Source of the DNA: Octopus vulgaris
Lineage: Eukaryota
Assembly: GCA_951406725.2 (NCBI GenBank)
Contig: OX597818.1
Span: 108,314,001 to 108,378,000, forward strand
Direction of reading: 5' to 3'
DNA: 64,000 nt
Under the pieces are notes generated by a model, which was not told the origin of the DNA, ran no database searches, and was given only the letters and a program-made list of their open reading frames with translations. The translations under genes and the position numbers were made by a program. Below, in pieces: positions 13,390 through 27,158 of this stretch (its first letter is position 1; each line of letters starts with the position of its first letter).

Positions 13390-15065
13390 TTTATTCCTGC
13401 ACTTATTCCTGCAGCTGCCTAATAAACACTCGCAGAGAGTCTGGGTTTCGATTGCCAAGGAAATTCTTCTTCTTTGCTGTTATTGATTGACCAGTCTTTT
13501 GCACGTGGCTTCCACATTGACTTCCCCAGCAATGAGCAGAGACAACATATTTTCTTCCTTTTTGTGGACAGTGACCATTTTAGTAACCTTTTAAATATGA
13601 GCCATACATTCCCAGTTGTATGATGCTGTGATGAAGTCTTCTTGTGCAGAGGTAACCCCTCCTCCGTGAGACCTCTCTTAGAATGCTCTCTGGTACAGAA
13701 ATTGTTGTAGCTTTTTTCATTTTTTTTCTTTTTTAAGTTCTGCATTCTTAACTTCAGCAAAGGTTACTGGTGAATCAAGGTGGCTGATAACAGGCATTTA
13801 GAAAAATTTCTGCATAACTGCTTCATCTACTAGTTTAGGCTGGTTGTGGAAGTAAGTGAGGTGTTGTTTTCTCCAGCGCTACACTTTTGCAGACTGGCTT
13901 TTCAGCAGACAAGCACTTTTCAATGACTTCCCTGGAACTATAGAACAATTCATGAGGTCACAGAGTGTCTTTATCAATCCATGGAAATTGTGATGTCAAA
14001 CCTGTTTCCATGGTGAACTTCCACCATTCCATAACCAGTATTAACTTATTCTTACCAAAGTTTCTGATGACAATGTGTCAGTGGACTTTGTATATTTTTA
14101 TCTTTTACTTGTTTCAGTCATTGAACTGTGGCCATGCTGGGCACCACATTGAAGACTTTTAATCAAGTGAATCGACCACAATATATATTGTATTTTTAAG
14201 GCTGGTACTTATTCTATCGGTCTTTTTTGCCAAACTGCTAAGTTACAGGATTGTAAACACGCTAATTCTGGTGTATGGTGAGGGACAAACACATACACAC
14301 ACTCACACACACATAATGGGTTTCTTTCTGTTTCTGTCAACCAAATCCACTCACAAGGCTTTGATTGGTCTGAGTCTATAGAAGAAGGCACTTGCCCAAG
14401 GTGCCCTGCAGTAGGACTGAACCTGGAACCATGTAGTTGGGAAGCAAACTTCTTATCACTCAACCATCCCTGCACCTCTATGTCAGCCAAAAACCTACCA
14501 ATTCTTCTACAATTCTCTTAGAAACAGTTTTGATCTGTTTCTCATACTGACTCCAATGGTTTCAATGGAAGAATCACAGAGGAATTTAAAGACCATTTCT
14601 CATCCATACCAGCTTCTGAGATGATGAGAGCTTCTGCCTGTTTGGCAGCTAGAGCAGGATGCAAGCTCTTACAAGTATTAAGACTGTCTAGTTTACAGCT
14701 TGAGTCATTTGGTCTCAAGTCCCATTGGCGGCACATTTGTAATTGAACCTTTGTTTGCCCCTTGCATTGGTGTCCTATGCACAGCCCTTTTTACTGCAGG
14801 GGCCAACAGAACATCTTGAAAAAATCTACCTGCCTCACTAAACGAGTAAACAAATCTGCAATTCAGTGATGAGGTCTTGTGATTGTTCTTCAGCCGAAAG
14901 ACGATGCTTATAACAGTGAGACCATACACTGCACTCAGAGAAAAATGTCTGGTGCCATTCATTTTACTTCCTTTAAAACCATTCTTTCTAAACACCTGAT
15001 ACCAAGTCTTTTATTCCTCCCAACTTTTGCATTAAAATCACCTATCAGAATGGCTTTCTCTTAGT
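13390..15065 (-). mobile_element. Old RTE/BovB-like LINE relic (APE endonuclease to start of RT), interrupted by a SINE
   Basis: Minus strand: ILIGDFNAKVG, NG..., LTVIS.VFRLKNNHKTS (APE); later VTVHKK..LSLLIAG (RT start). Many stops and frameshifts. Confidence 0.7.
14095..14478 (-). mobile_element. SINE family 2, full length, inserted in the RTE relic
   Basis: TTTTACTTGTTTCAGTCATT tail through the GGACTGAACC head. Confidence 0.85.
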
Positions 15066-16138
15066 TGAGTATTTTAGTAGCCAAATTCTAATTCCAATTT
15101 AAAGAGAAATACAAATCTAAATTTGTAGTCGAATTCTAATTCAGATATGTAGCTAAATTATAATTCAACTAGATGGTCAAATTATATTTGATTGTGTTGT
15201 CAATTTTGAAATGGCAGCATTATTATCAAAGAATGAGAAGATAAATGTAAGAAATTGATATGTGGAAGAGAGAGAGAGGGAAGAGTGGGAGAGAGAAAGA
15301 GAAAAGAACATCACTGAGAGTAGAAGTTGAATATATATATATATATATATATATACAGGGAGAGAGAATGATTTATATATATATATATACAGGGAGAGAG
15401 AATGAGATAGATAGATAGATGCATGTATGCATGCATGTGTGCATGTATACATCTATATCTGTATCTATGTATGTGTATGTATGCATGATGCATGTATGTG
15501 TATGCATACATGATGCATGTATGTGCATGTATGTTCATGATGCAAATGTTGGTAGATAGATTAATAGACAAACTAGCAGACAAGTTATGGGCAAAGAAGA
15601 ACAGATATGTTAACAAGAGAAAGAGCTGGGGTTAAAATGAGGTTGGAAACAGAGCCAAAAAGCTAAAAGTTGTAGAAAATGGTTTATTGAAATGAGTAGC
15701 AATGAAAACGGAGATGAATGATGTGCCTTCACCAACAGATCAGAACAACTGTATATTTCTCTGCTATGGATATATCTGTGTAGAAGTTATGTCATATCTG
15801 TAATAAGCAAGCTTATGGATGTGTTCTGGGATAGAATTACATGAGTTACCATATTGGTAACTCATGTGGTGGAAGAATAAAACATGAGTTACTAATTTGG
15901 CTAAGTCAATAGAGTTTCAGGTTCTCAACCAAGTTGCCATAAAATGCAAAAGTTATTTAGCCCCAGGTCAACACTGGTTGTGCATATTATGATCAAAGTT
16001 TCCTTAGATTTAGTGTGTGACAAACAACATTAGACGATGTGTCTTTCCTGTCTTTTTAAGATGGTAGAATAGGATTTTAGGTGGCTGCTATTTCTATCAG
16101 GTTAACTAACTAAATAGAAGTTCTCGTGTTGGTTTAAA

Positions 16139-16510
16139 TCATCATCATCATCATCTTTTAATGTCCGCTTTCCATGCTGGCATGAGTTGGATGGTTTCAC
16201 TGAGGGCTGGCAAGCCAGAAGGCTGCACCAGTCTCCAATCTGATCTGGCAAAGTTTCTACAGCTGGATGCCCTTCCTAATGCCAACCACTCTTGGAGCAT
16301 AGTGGGTACTTTAACGTGCCACCAGCACAAGTACCAGTCAGGTGGTACTGGCATTGGCCACACTCAAATGGTGCTTTTTATGTGCCACCTACACAGGAGC
16401 TAGTCCAGTGGCACTGGCAACGACCATGCTCAAATGGTGCTTTTTTTATGTACCACTGGCACATGTGCCAGTCAGCGGCCCTGGCAACGATCATGCTCGA
16501 ATGGTGCTTC
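16139..16510 (-). mobile_element. RTE 3'-end copy with ~3 repeat units
   Basis: (CAT)n tail, conserved core, units ending GGTGCTTTT. Confidence 0.9.
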
Positions 16511-17009
16511 TAACATTAGTTTATATATCTTATATATATTTATGTATAGATATATGATAAGAATAAAAGCCGGCACAGAAAGACAACAAAGAAGCACATG
16601 GAAAACACACAAAAGACATGAATATGCTAACCCCTAATCAGTTATAAACCAAAAGTCATTACAGTTTCATGCCTTTATCAATAAGGTTTTGTAGGCATCA
16701 AAAATTGCTGCTGAGATAGGTGGAGGTGGACATTGACTAGATAATATTTTGTAGTTGAAAAATAAATGTAGATATGTGAGGAGTGTTTATGGTAGGTGTG
16801 TCTGCAGGGCCAGAAAATGCAAGTTTATCAGAGCAACAAACTGGACATGTTGTATGTCCAGGTATTCTTTTTTTTGAAGTGTTTAATTCTGGAGATGATG
16901 GGTGGATGTATCTTATGACTGGATACGGGACGCTACTCTGTGTTGTTGTTGAAGAGAGATTCTTACTCCAAAGTGAATTTAGATAATCCCACCAAGTTCA
17001 TCAATGTTC

Positions 17010-17222
17010 TTTTCTACTCAAGACACAAAGCCCAAAATTTTGGGGGGAGGGAGCCAGTCAATTAGATTGACCCCAGTACGCAACTGGTACTTAGTTTATC
17101 AATCCCCAAAAGAAAGACAAAGTCAACCTCGGTAGAATTTGAACTCAGAACATAAAGACAGACGAAATAGTGCTAAGCATTTTCCCTGGCATGCTAACGT
17201 TTCTGCCAGCTTACTGCCTTCA
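17010..17222 (-). mobile_element. Nin/Deu-core SINE
   Basis: Same head and core as 12425-12650. Confidence 0.85.
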
Positions 17223-17439
17223 AGTTCTTCATTATTAGAAGACTAATGGAATCCATTACAAAAGACTGGAATAAAAATGTCTCTACAAAGATTTTGCTAA
17301 CTGAGCTTTGTCTTTATCCGTATTCTCTTTATTAGGAGATCAAGGGATTTGTCAGAGGAGAAAACAGGAAAAGCTTATGAAAGTTGTATCTCCAGTAAGC
17401 AAGAAATATTTTCACTGTATTTATTTGTTGTGTGTGTGT

Positions 17440-17760
17440 GGGTGGCTAAGTAGTTAGGGTATTTGACTCACAATTGGAAGGCCATGGGTCTGATTCCTGG
17501 CAGCATGTTGTCTCCTTGAGCAAGACACTTTATTTCATGCTGCTCCAATTCACTCAACCGACAAAATTGAACTGTACCTGTAATACAAAGGGAGCTGGCC
17601 TTGTCACATTCTGTGTCATGCTGAATCTCCCTGAGAACTACATTAAAGGCACACACATGTGTGTGGAATACTCAGCCATTTGCACATTTCACGATCAGGC
17701 TGTTCCATTGATCCGATCAACCGGAACCCTCATCACCATAACCAATGAAGTGCCAGCATG
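17440..17760 (+). mobile_element. SINE family 3
   Basis: Matches 2941-3252 throughout. Confidence 0.78.
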
Positions 17761-19394
17761 TGTGTCTTGGGGACGCAATTCTTCGACTGTGATTCATAAT
17801 TTGACTTTTTTCCATTTTTTCCTCCCCAATTTTTCAGGTTCTACAGGTGTTTAGCTTTGTTAAATATAGGAATATATTATTACACACCTTCACACACCAA
17901 GTTCAAATCCCAGAAGAGATTGACTTGCCTTTCATTCCTACATAAAGTTGGAAACCGTAAATTAATGAGAATAGTTTGCACAATTGATTAAAGGAAGTTT
18001 ATTGGTGTTTCATTGGAAACGGTTTATATTTTTTTTCTATAAACTATTTCTATAAAAGGAATATCACAAGTTTAGATTTGATGACATTCAATAATAATTT
18101 ATTTTGCTGAATGACATGTAATAATCTGATTTAATCTCAGAGTTTATTTAAGACAACTTAAACAATTATTTGTAGATTATGGAAAGTTAAAAAATACTGA
18201 TTCCATCAGCAAAATTCTGCTCTGTGAAAGCTACAGAAATAAACTAAAACTAGGTGTAGTCACAAGGTCTCCTGTGGGATTCCATAAGTCTCCTTTTAGT
18301 ATCCAATATTATGTAGTGAGTGAAAGAGACTACTTTCAGAGAATTTCATACTGTGATGATGATGGTGGTGGTGGTGGTGGTGATGATGATGACAACGACG
18401 ATAATATCCAAACTTTTGTTAAAATCAATGAATTTTTCAGCCATATGTTGTTCTATGTTGAGTTTTGCTCTAACGCTTTCCATGAAACATAAACGAATGA
18501 ATAAGAGAATAACCAGAATAATTGCTTTAATATAATAAATATGGTTTTGATAAGAGAGAGAGAGATGGCATTTCATTAAGCAGGGCACCATTTTGTTCTT
18601 TCCTTTTAAGAGTTCAAACAGTCATGTCAACATCCACCAATCTCTTACATTGAGGGACACAAGACAAGCAACACCGGATTTTAGATTCAATAGAAACATA
18701 AACACAGATACAGAGACATACACATGACAAGTTTCTTTCTGTGAAATTCTGACTAGAAAATATTGGTCAACCACAATAGAAGACAATCAGCCAAGTGGGT
18801 GCAGTGTGGTTACAAGGCAAATTTCATGCTTATGTCTTATGTTTCAAAGATTTCACAGTTGACAGATTGGAAATAATCAGATGGTCATGTAGTGAACCGT
18901 TGACTAGATTCTTGTCCAAGATTCGAAACTTTAGCCTAGGTTTTTCTGAGTCTCTTTCTAGTCTTCTCAGCTTTGGATTTAAGAAATTCATACGAATCAA
19001 CTGCAACATATAGATACGTTCTGTTCTTTAACTAACCATTTGCAGTTATCAAAACTTCATACAAGGTAACAGACAAATAATCCCTTATTGAGCCTGACCT
19101 AATTTAGTTAGGAGAAGATATACAGTACCCAAATTCACTTCTACCTCTTTCACTTGGTGTCTTGCTTGAAGAACACATCTCTCTTTTTCTTTCTTCACAT
19201 GTGACTTATCACTGTGGGACTATACAACTCTCACCCTCTCTACTTGTCAACATAAAGAGGTAAATTCTCTTAATTTTTCACTCTCCTTCTTCTAGCCGTT
19301 ACATACAGATGGGCTTAACTAACTACAAAATGGATTATAGCTATAACACAAACCTCTCTACGACTCAAAGAAGTTGCTTTTTAAATTGATTTTA

Positions 19395-19590
19395 AATCTT
19401 AACACAAGGCCAGCAATTCTGCACGAGGGGTAAGTTGATTACATCAACCCCAATGCTCAACTAGTCTTTATTTTATCAACTCTGAAAAGATGAAAAGCAA
19501 AGTCGACCTTGGTGGAATTTGACCTCGGAACATGGAGACAGATGAAATACCACTAAGTGCGCTAATGAGTCTTCCAGCTTGTCACCTTAG
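19395..19590 (-). mobile_element. Nin/Deu-core SINE
   Basis: GATGAAAAGCAAAGTCGACCTTGGTGGAATTTGA core. Confidence 0.8.
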
Positions 19591-20253
19591 TTGCTTCTTA
19601 TATTGAAATGATGAAACAAAGGTCATATCAAATAATATTTTTCTCTTCTTGTTTATTTGTGTCATGTGATCATTAGTCTTAGAGTTAGAAATATTCCTGA
19701 TAATCATCTCTTATATGCTTGAAGATTGTTTTAGTTCATTCACAAAAGTTCTGAAATTACCAATTTTTCTATAAATCAATTGTTTGTATTGGAAATTACT
19801 GGACGCAAAACAAAATATAACATTTTGATGCAGCCATTCACCTCAAGAAGAAGGTTTAGCTTCTAATAAGACTGAAAGCTTACGCATAGACCTACATCTA
19901 CTCTGCAGGGGCTGTCCATCTAAAATCCTGTTGGCACCGATTTCCACCCAAAACTGGTTCTACCACTGCACAGGACGGAAAAGTACATAGACACCTAACT
20001 ATGGCAAATAGATAACACAGGCAGCTACCTATATACCTATATGCCAAAAACGTTATATAGACATCTATCTATAGAAAATGAAAAAAAAAATAGACACATC
20101 TAATGAAAAAGAAAAAGATGAAATAAATCAAAAACTCACCATAGCTGACAGTCAAGAAGACTCAACTAGTAATAAAATTGAAAGCTTCAGTTAAATTGAT
20201 ATACTATCTAAACCATGTGAGATTTAAAATAAGATTAAACAAAAGATCAAATA

Positions 20254-21725
<1,472 letters not shown>

Positions 21726-21759
21726 GCAGGAGGGTGGGAGATAGCTAGATAGATTATCT

Positions 21760-21910
21760 TCAACATCATTTTACATCTACTTACCATGTGAGCATGGGTT
21801 GGAGTGGTTGTCATCTTCTAGGTTCCAAGTGCTTTCTTTCCTACATTGGTTAGTGACCATATCTGATGGAAAATGACTGGATGCCCTTCCTAATGCTTAG
21901 CACTGTAGAA
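21760..21910 (-). mobile_element. Degenerate RTE 3'-end copy
   Basis: GCATGGGTTGGA and CTGGATGCCCTTCCTAATGC motifs. Confidence 0.6.
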
Positions 21911-21989
21911 AACTTGGTACACTTTTTTGTAGCTGTAGCACTTGAGAGAGGCTGTCTTATCCCAGCCACATGATATCATATGTGTGTGT

Positions 21990-22114
21990 GTGTGGTTATG
22001 TTTAAAGAAGTTTGCTTTACAACCACATGGTTCCGGGTTCAGTCCTACTGTGTGGCACTTTGGGTAAGTGAATTTGGTAGACAGAAATTGAAAGAAGCCC
22101 ATCATGTGTGTGTG

Positions 22115-22152
<38 letters not shown>

Positions 22153-22350
22153 TTCTCTCCTCATTGCTTGTAAACCAGTTTTGGTGTGTTTACATCACTG
22201 TGACCTAGTGGTTCACCATAAGAGAACAATAGAATAAGTACTGGGCTTAACAAATAAGCCCTGGCTCAATTTGTTCGCTTGAAATCGTTCAAGGCAGTGC
22301 TCCAGCATAGCCACAGTCAAACGACTGAAACAGGTGAAAGAGTAAAAGAT
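21990..22350 (+). mobile_element. SINE family 2
   Basis: CCACATGGTTCCGGGTTCAGTCC head; GACTGAAACAGGTGAAAGAGTAAAAGA tail. Confidence 0.8.
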
Positions 22351-22364
22351 TAACATATATACAC

Positions 22365-22700
22365 CATCACCATCATCATCGTTTAACATCCATTTTTCCA
22401 TGCTGGCATGAGTTGGATGATTTGCCAAGAGCTTGCAAGTCAGGCCTGCACCAGGTTCTAATTGTCTGTTTTGGCAAGGTTTCTACTACAGGATGTCCTT
22501 CCTAATGCCAACCACTCCAAGAGTGTAATGGGTACTTTTACGTGCCACCGGCATGGGTGCCATTTGTTTGACACTGGTGTCTGTCACAACTGTGGTTTTA
22601 CTTGGCTTGATGGGTCTTCTCAAACACAGCATAATGCCAAGTCAACTCGGTCGTTTCTTCCATGAGGTCCATTGCTCAAAGCCCTGCATAATGCCAAATG
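22365..22700 (-). mobile_element. RTE 3'-end copy reaching the ORF end
   Basis: Tail, core, then GGTCTTCTCAAACACAGCATA (AV.EKT on the minus strand). Confidence 0.85.
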
Positions 22701-22734
22701 GTCTTGGTCCTACATATATATACATATATATATA

Positions 22735-23817
22735 TACAAGGTGGTATCAAAAGGTTCCCAGATTAGTTATGTTTAAGAAAAAATAGCCTATTTACCTAAA
22801 TTTTATCATCTTTGAAATAATAACTTGCATAGTAATACACTGGTCCCAGCATTCCTCCCACTTTTGGAATCTGGCCTGGAAGTTGTTTTCTGTGAGTCAA
22901 GGAACTTCTGTGATTCACTCTGGATGTCAACAACAGTATGAAAACAGTGATCTTTGACCTGCATTTTCCTTTTGGGGAAGAGATGGAAGTCCACAGGTGC
23001 GAAATCTGATGACTAGAACAGGTACAGAGGTGGTACCCTGCTGTTTTTGGTGAGAAACTCATGAGCGAGGAATGCTTGATGAAGAATCCACTTTCTTGCA
23101 TTCCACAGCTTTTGCCGAATGTCTTCCCTTAAAAGCTTCAAAATGACACAGTAGAATTGGTAGAAATGTTAGCACGCCGGGTGAAATGCTTTGCGATATT
23201 TCATCTGCTGTTACGTTCTGAGTTCAAATTCCACCAAGGTCGACTTTGCCTTTCATCCTTTCGGGGTTGATTAAATAAGTACCAGTTACGCACTGGGGTC
23301 AATATAATCGACTTAATCCCTTTATCTGTCCTTGTTTGCCCCTTCTGTGTGTAGCCCCTTGTGGGCAGTAAAGAAATAAGAATGGTCTGCTCCAGGGGAT
23401 GAATGAACTCTTCATGCGTAATGCCACATTTCCAGTGGTGACATTCATGACAGGTCTTCCAGATCATTCATTGTCTTCCAGGGACTTCCTTCCACTTTTG
23501 AAGCACACACAAAGTGTTGTGTACAACCCGTTACCTCATCATTGTAAGTCTGTCAAATCATGCTCAATGCCTCTGTAGCAGACTCCCCCAAGTTTAATGC
23601 AAAATTTCATGTTGGCTCTTCATTCCAACTTCCTCTCCATGACAAAAATCACAGCCTACAGCATACACACATGATCACAAAAATGCAAATTTCACTACTT
23701 GCAAAGTGAACACAACAATGTCACTCGACACACTGCCTCATGAAGGCTCTCACTGCTAGGACTCACTGCACATGCAACCATGTGCTGCCATCTGTTGGCA
23801 TGCTACAGAACTAGTAC

Positions 23818-23822
<5 letters not shown>
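22735..23822 (-). mobile_element. Mariner-family DNA transposon relic interrupted by a SINE
   Basis: TA-flanked end TACAAGGTGGTATCAAAAGGTTC; minus strand RANMKFCIKLGESATEALSM (mariner N-terminal HTH); degenerate second TIR. Confidence 0.75.
23158..23380 (+). mobile_element. Nin/Deu-core SINE inserted in a mariner relic
   Basis: GAGTTCAAATTCC..GGTCGACTTTGCCTTTCATCCTTTCGGGG..GATTAAATAAGTACCAG. Confidence 0.88.
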
Positions 23823-23862
<40 letters not shown>

Positions 23863-23863
<1 letters not shown>

Positions 23864-24172
23864 GAGGCGCAATGGTCCTGTGGTTAGGGCAGCGGATTTG
23901 CGGTTGTAGGATCGTCGTTTTGATTCCCAGACTGGGCGTTGTAAGTGATTATTGAGCGAAAACACCCAAAGCTCCATATGGCTCCGACAGGGGATGGTGG
24001 TGATCCTTACTGTACTCTTTCACCACAACTTGTCTCATTCTTTCTTCCAATGGCCTGCTCACTTAGCCAGCGTGGTGGCATCATTTGAAGGCTAAAACAA
24101 TGCGAAGCAGGTTGTGACCAGCGATGCGTAGCAACATCTGATAGCCTGGTTGGTCACAGTGATCACAGTGAT
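23863..24172 (+). mobile_element. tRNA-derived SINE, family 4 (GGAGGCGCAATGG head)
   Basis: Matches the reverse complement of 58713-59010 along its length. Confidence 0.82.
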
Positions 24173-24191
24173 ATATATGTATATATATAAA

Positions 24192-24279
<88 letters not shown>

Positions 24280-24775
24280 CAGATAGCCAGATAGATAGAT
24301 AGACAGACAGCCAGATAGATAGATAGATACATACATACATACATACATACACACATACATACATACATTAATACATACATACATATAGATATAGATATAT
24401 ACATAGATATAAAAATATATGTGTGTGTATGTAGATATATATGCATGTAAACAAATATACATATATGTAAATGTATTTATGTGTATATGCATGTATGTGT
24501 GTGTGTGTCTTTCTATTTTTATATATGTATTAATTTTAGATACAGGAATGATATGACGCTAAATACTGGTGCCACAATGCTGGTAAAAACGTCTATTAAC
24601 TTTTTGAAAAACTTTCTCAAACCAAAAATAGAATGACTGGGTAATCAAAAAAATTTGCAGAAATAAACAAAACATAAGTGAGATAAATTAACCATTATTT
24701 TTTCCCCAAAATTTGCCAATGTATATATTTATATATCTCACTATTTCTATATCAATATTTATGTTCCAATATAAA

Positions 24776-25430
24776 ATGGTGAGCTGGCAGAATTGTTAGC
24801 TCTCTGGACACAATGATTAGCAGTATTTTATCTGTCTTTACATTCTGAGTTCAAATTCAACCGAGGTCAACTTTGCCTTTCATCCTTTGGGGTTGATAAA
24901 GTACCGGTTGTGTACTGGGGTCGATGTAATCAACTCACCCCTGCCCTTGGAAATTGCTGGCCCTGTGCCAAAATTTGAAATCACTGTTTATGTATCAATA
25001 TAAAGCAACAAGCTGGCAGAATTGTTATTGTGCCAGGAACAATGCTTAGAAGTATTTCTTCTAACTTTACATTCTGACCCCTAATGTCTCAGGGATCAAC
25101 TTTGCCTTTTATCTTTTCAGGGTCAATGAAATAAGTATCAGTTGAGTGTTGGGGTCAATGTATTTAACTTGCAACCTCTCCCCTAATTGCTGGCCTTGTG
25201 CCAGAATTTGAAATCAATATTTATGTATCAATAAAAGACCGCAAGCTGGCAGAATTGTTAACATGCCAGACAAAATGCCTAGTGGCATGGCATCTGTTTT
25301 TCCATTCTGAGTTCAAATCCTGGCAGGGTTGACTTTGCTTTTCAGCCATTTGGAGTTGATAAAACAAGTACCAGTTGAGTGCTGGGGTTGATTTAATATT
25401 GACTTACTCGCTCCTTCAAAATTTTTGGTT
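24776..25430 (+). mobile_element. Three head-to-tail Nin/Deu-core SINEs
   Basis: Heads AGCTGGCAGAATTGTTA at ~24781, ~25011 and ~25244, separated by similar TTTATGTATCAATA(T)AAA spacers. Confidence 0.85.
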
Positions 25431-26000
25431 AACATTGGGCCTCACACAGGTAATGACAGGAAGACTGGGACCTTTGGAAATATGCTGTGATTGAGAAGAC
25501 CCAGCAACTAAAGTGGGATCACAGCCATGCATGTCCGGCCCTGTTAAGAATACCCCTGATGCGCCAGGCCATATGATATGCTTGAGAAGACCTGCTGAGT
25601 CAAGTAAAACCAATATCATAGCTGTGGCCAGTTCCCACTGACTGGCTTCTGTGCTGGTGGCAAGTAAAAGCACCATCTGAACATGGTCGATGCCAGGTCC
25701 TCCTGACTGGCTCCTATGCCGGTGGCACATAAAAAGAACCAACCGATCATGGCCGATGCCACTACCTCCTGACTGGCTCTTGTGCCAGTTGCACGTAAAA
25801 ACTGCCATCCAAACATTACCAAATCCAGGCCCACCTAACTGGCTCCTGTGCTGGTGGCACATAAAATGCACCCACTACACTCTTGGAGTGGTTGGCGTTA
25901 GGAAGGGCATCCAGCTGTAGAAACATTGCCAGATCAGGCCTCAGTTAAAACGTCCAACCCATGCCAGCATGGAAAACGGACGTTAAACGATGATGATGAT
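25430..26000 (+). mobile_element. RTE 3' fragment (ORF end + repeat units + tail) inserted in a SINE
   Basis: GGGCCTCAC..TGGAAATATGCTGTG..GAGAAGACC, ~4 units, core, (GAT)n. The SINE 3' end resumes at 26001. Confidence 0.9.
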
Positions 26001-26455
26001 GTGCCAAAATTTAAAACCACTTTTCATATCATTGGCATCATCTTACTATTCAGTTTTCCATTCTTGCAGGGTCAGGCAAAGCTTCACAGGGTCAGATTTT
26101 TGTCAGCAAAACGGTCAAGTGTGTTAACTGGGGATTATAAACAAATGACACCCTTGGTGTGAACAGAGGGTTTCGTTTACAATTAGAGGACTGGCATCAA
26201 AAGAAGAAGAAACACACACACACACACACACACACACAAATAAGATAATATATGTTTGTACTGTAGAAAGATATATATAGTCTATCTAAGATGTGTCATG
26301 TGAAATAGATGTCTCTTTTGGTATCATCCATTCTTTTCTTTCTCTTGCCTCTCAATCCTTTTTTTTTGTCTTCTTTATGATAAAATGTCACACATATATA
26401 TACATACACATATATATATGTGTGTATGTATGTATACATACATATATATATATAA

Positions 26456-26493
<38 letters not shown>

Positions 26494-26509
26494 GCATATA
26501 TGTAGGCAA

Positions 26510-27022
26510 ATGAAATCACAATCAAAATCAAATTCGCTGATGTGGCCAACGACAGCACCACCTGATTGTCACCCATGCCAGTGGAACATTAACAGCACCA
26601 TCCAAGCATGATCATTGCCAGGGCCCTTGAATGGCTCCCATGCCAGTGGTACATAAAAAGCATCATTCAAGTGTGATCATTGCTAACATCGCCTTACCAG
26701 CACATGTGCTGGTGGCTCATGAAAAACAACATTCCAGTGAGGTTGTTGCCAGTGCCGCTGGACTGGCTCCTGTGCAGGTGGCACATAAAAAACTCCATTT
26801 GAGCATCGCCATCGCCAGTACCGCCTGACTGGCCCTCATGTCGGTGGCACGTAAAAGCACCCACTACACTCTCAGAGTGGTTGGCATTTGAAAGGGCATC
26901 CAGCTGTAGAAACTCTGCCAGATCAGATTGAGCCTGGTGCAACCTTCTGGCTCACCAGTCCTCAGTCAAACCATTCAACCCATGCCAGCATGGAAAGCAG
27001 ACGCTAAACGATGATGATGATG
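26510..27022 (+). mobile_element. RTE 3'-end copy with ~5 diverged repeat units
   Basis: Repeated GGTGGCACATAAAA(A)GCACCAT units, core, (GAT)n. Confidence 0.9.
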
Positions 27023-27031
27023 ATATATATA

Positions 27032-27080
<49 letters not shown>

Positions 27081-27158
27081 ATATATATATATATATGTAT
27101 GTGTATATATACGTATGTGTGTGTGTGTATATATATATATATACATATGTGTGTGTAC

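Noticed and set aside
18860-18925. miR-279-like seed TGACTAGA in a loose hairpin
   Set aside because: Only the seed matches; the would-be mature strand has no properly pairing star arm.
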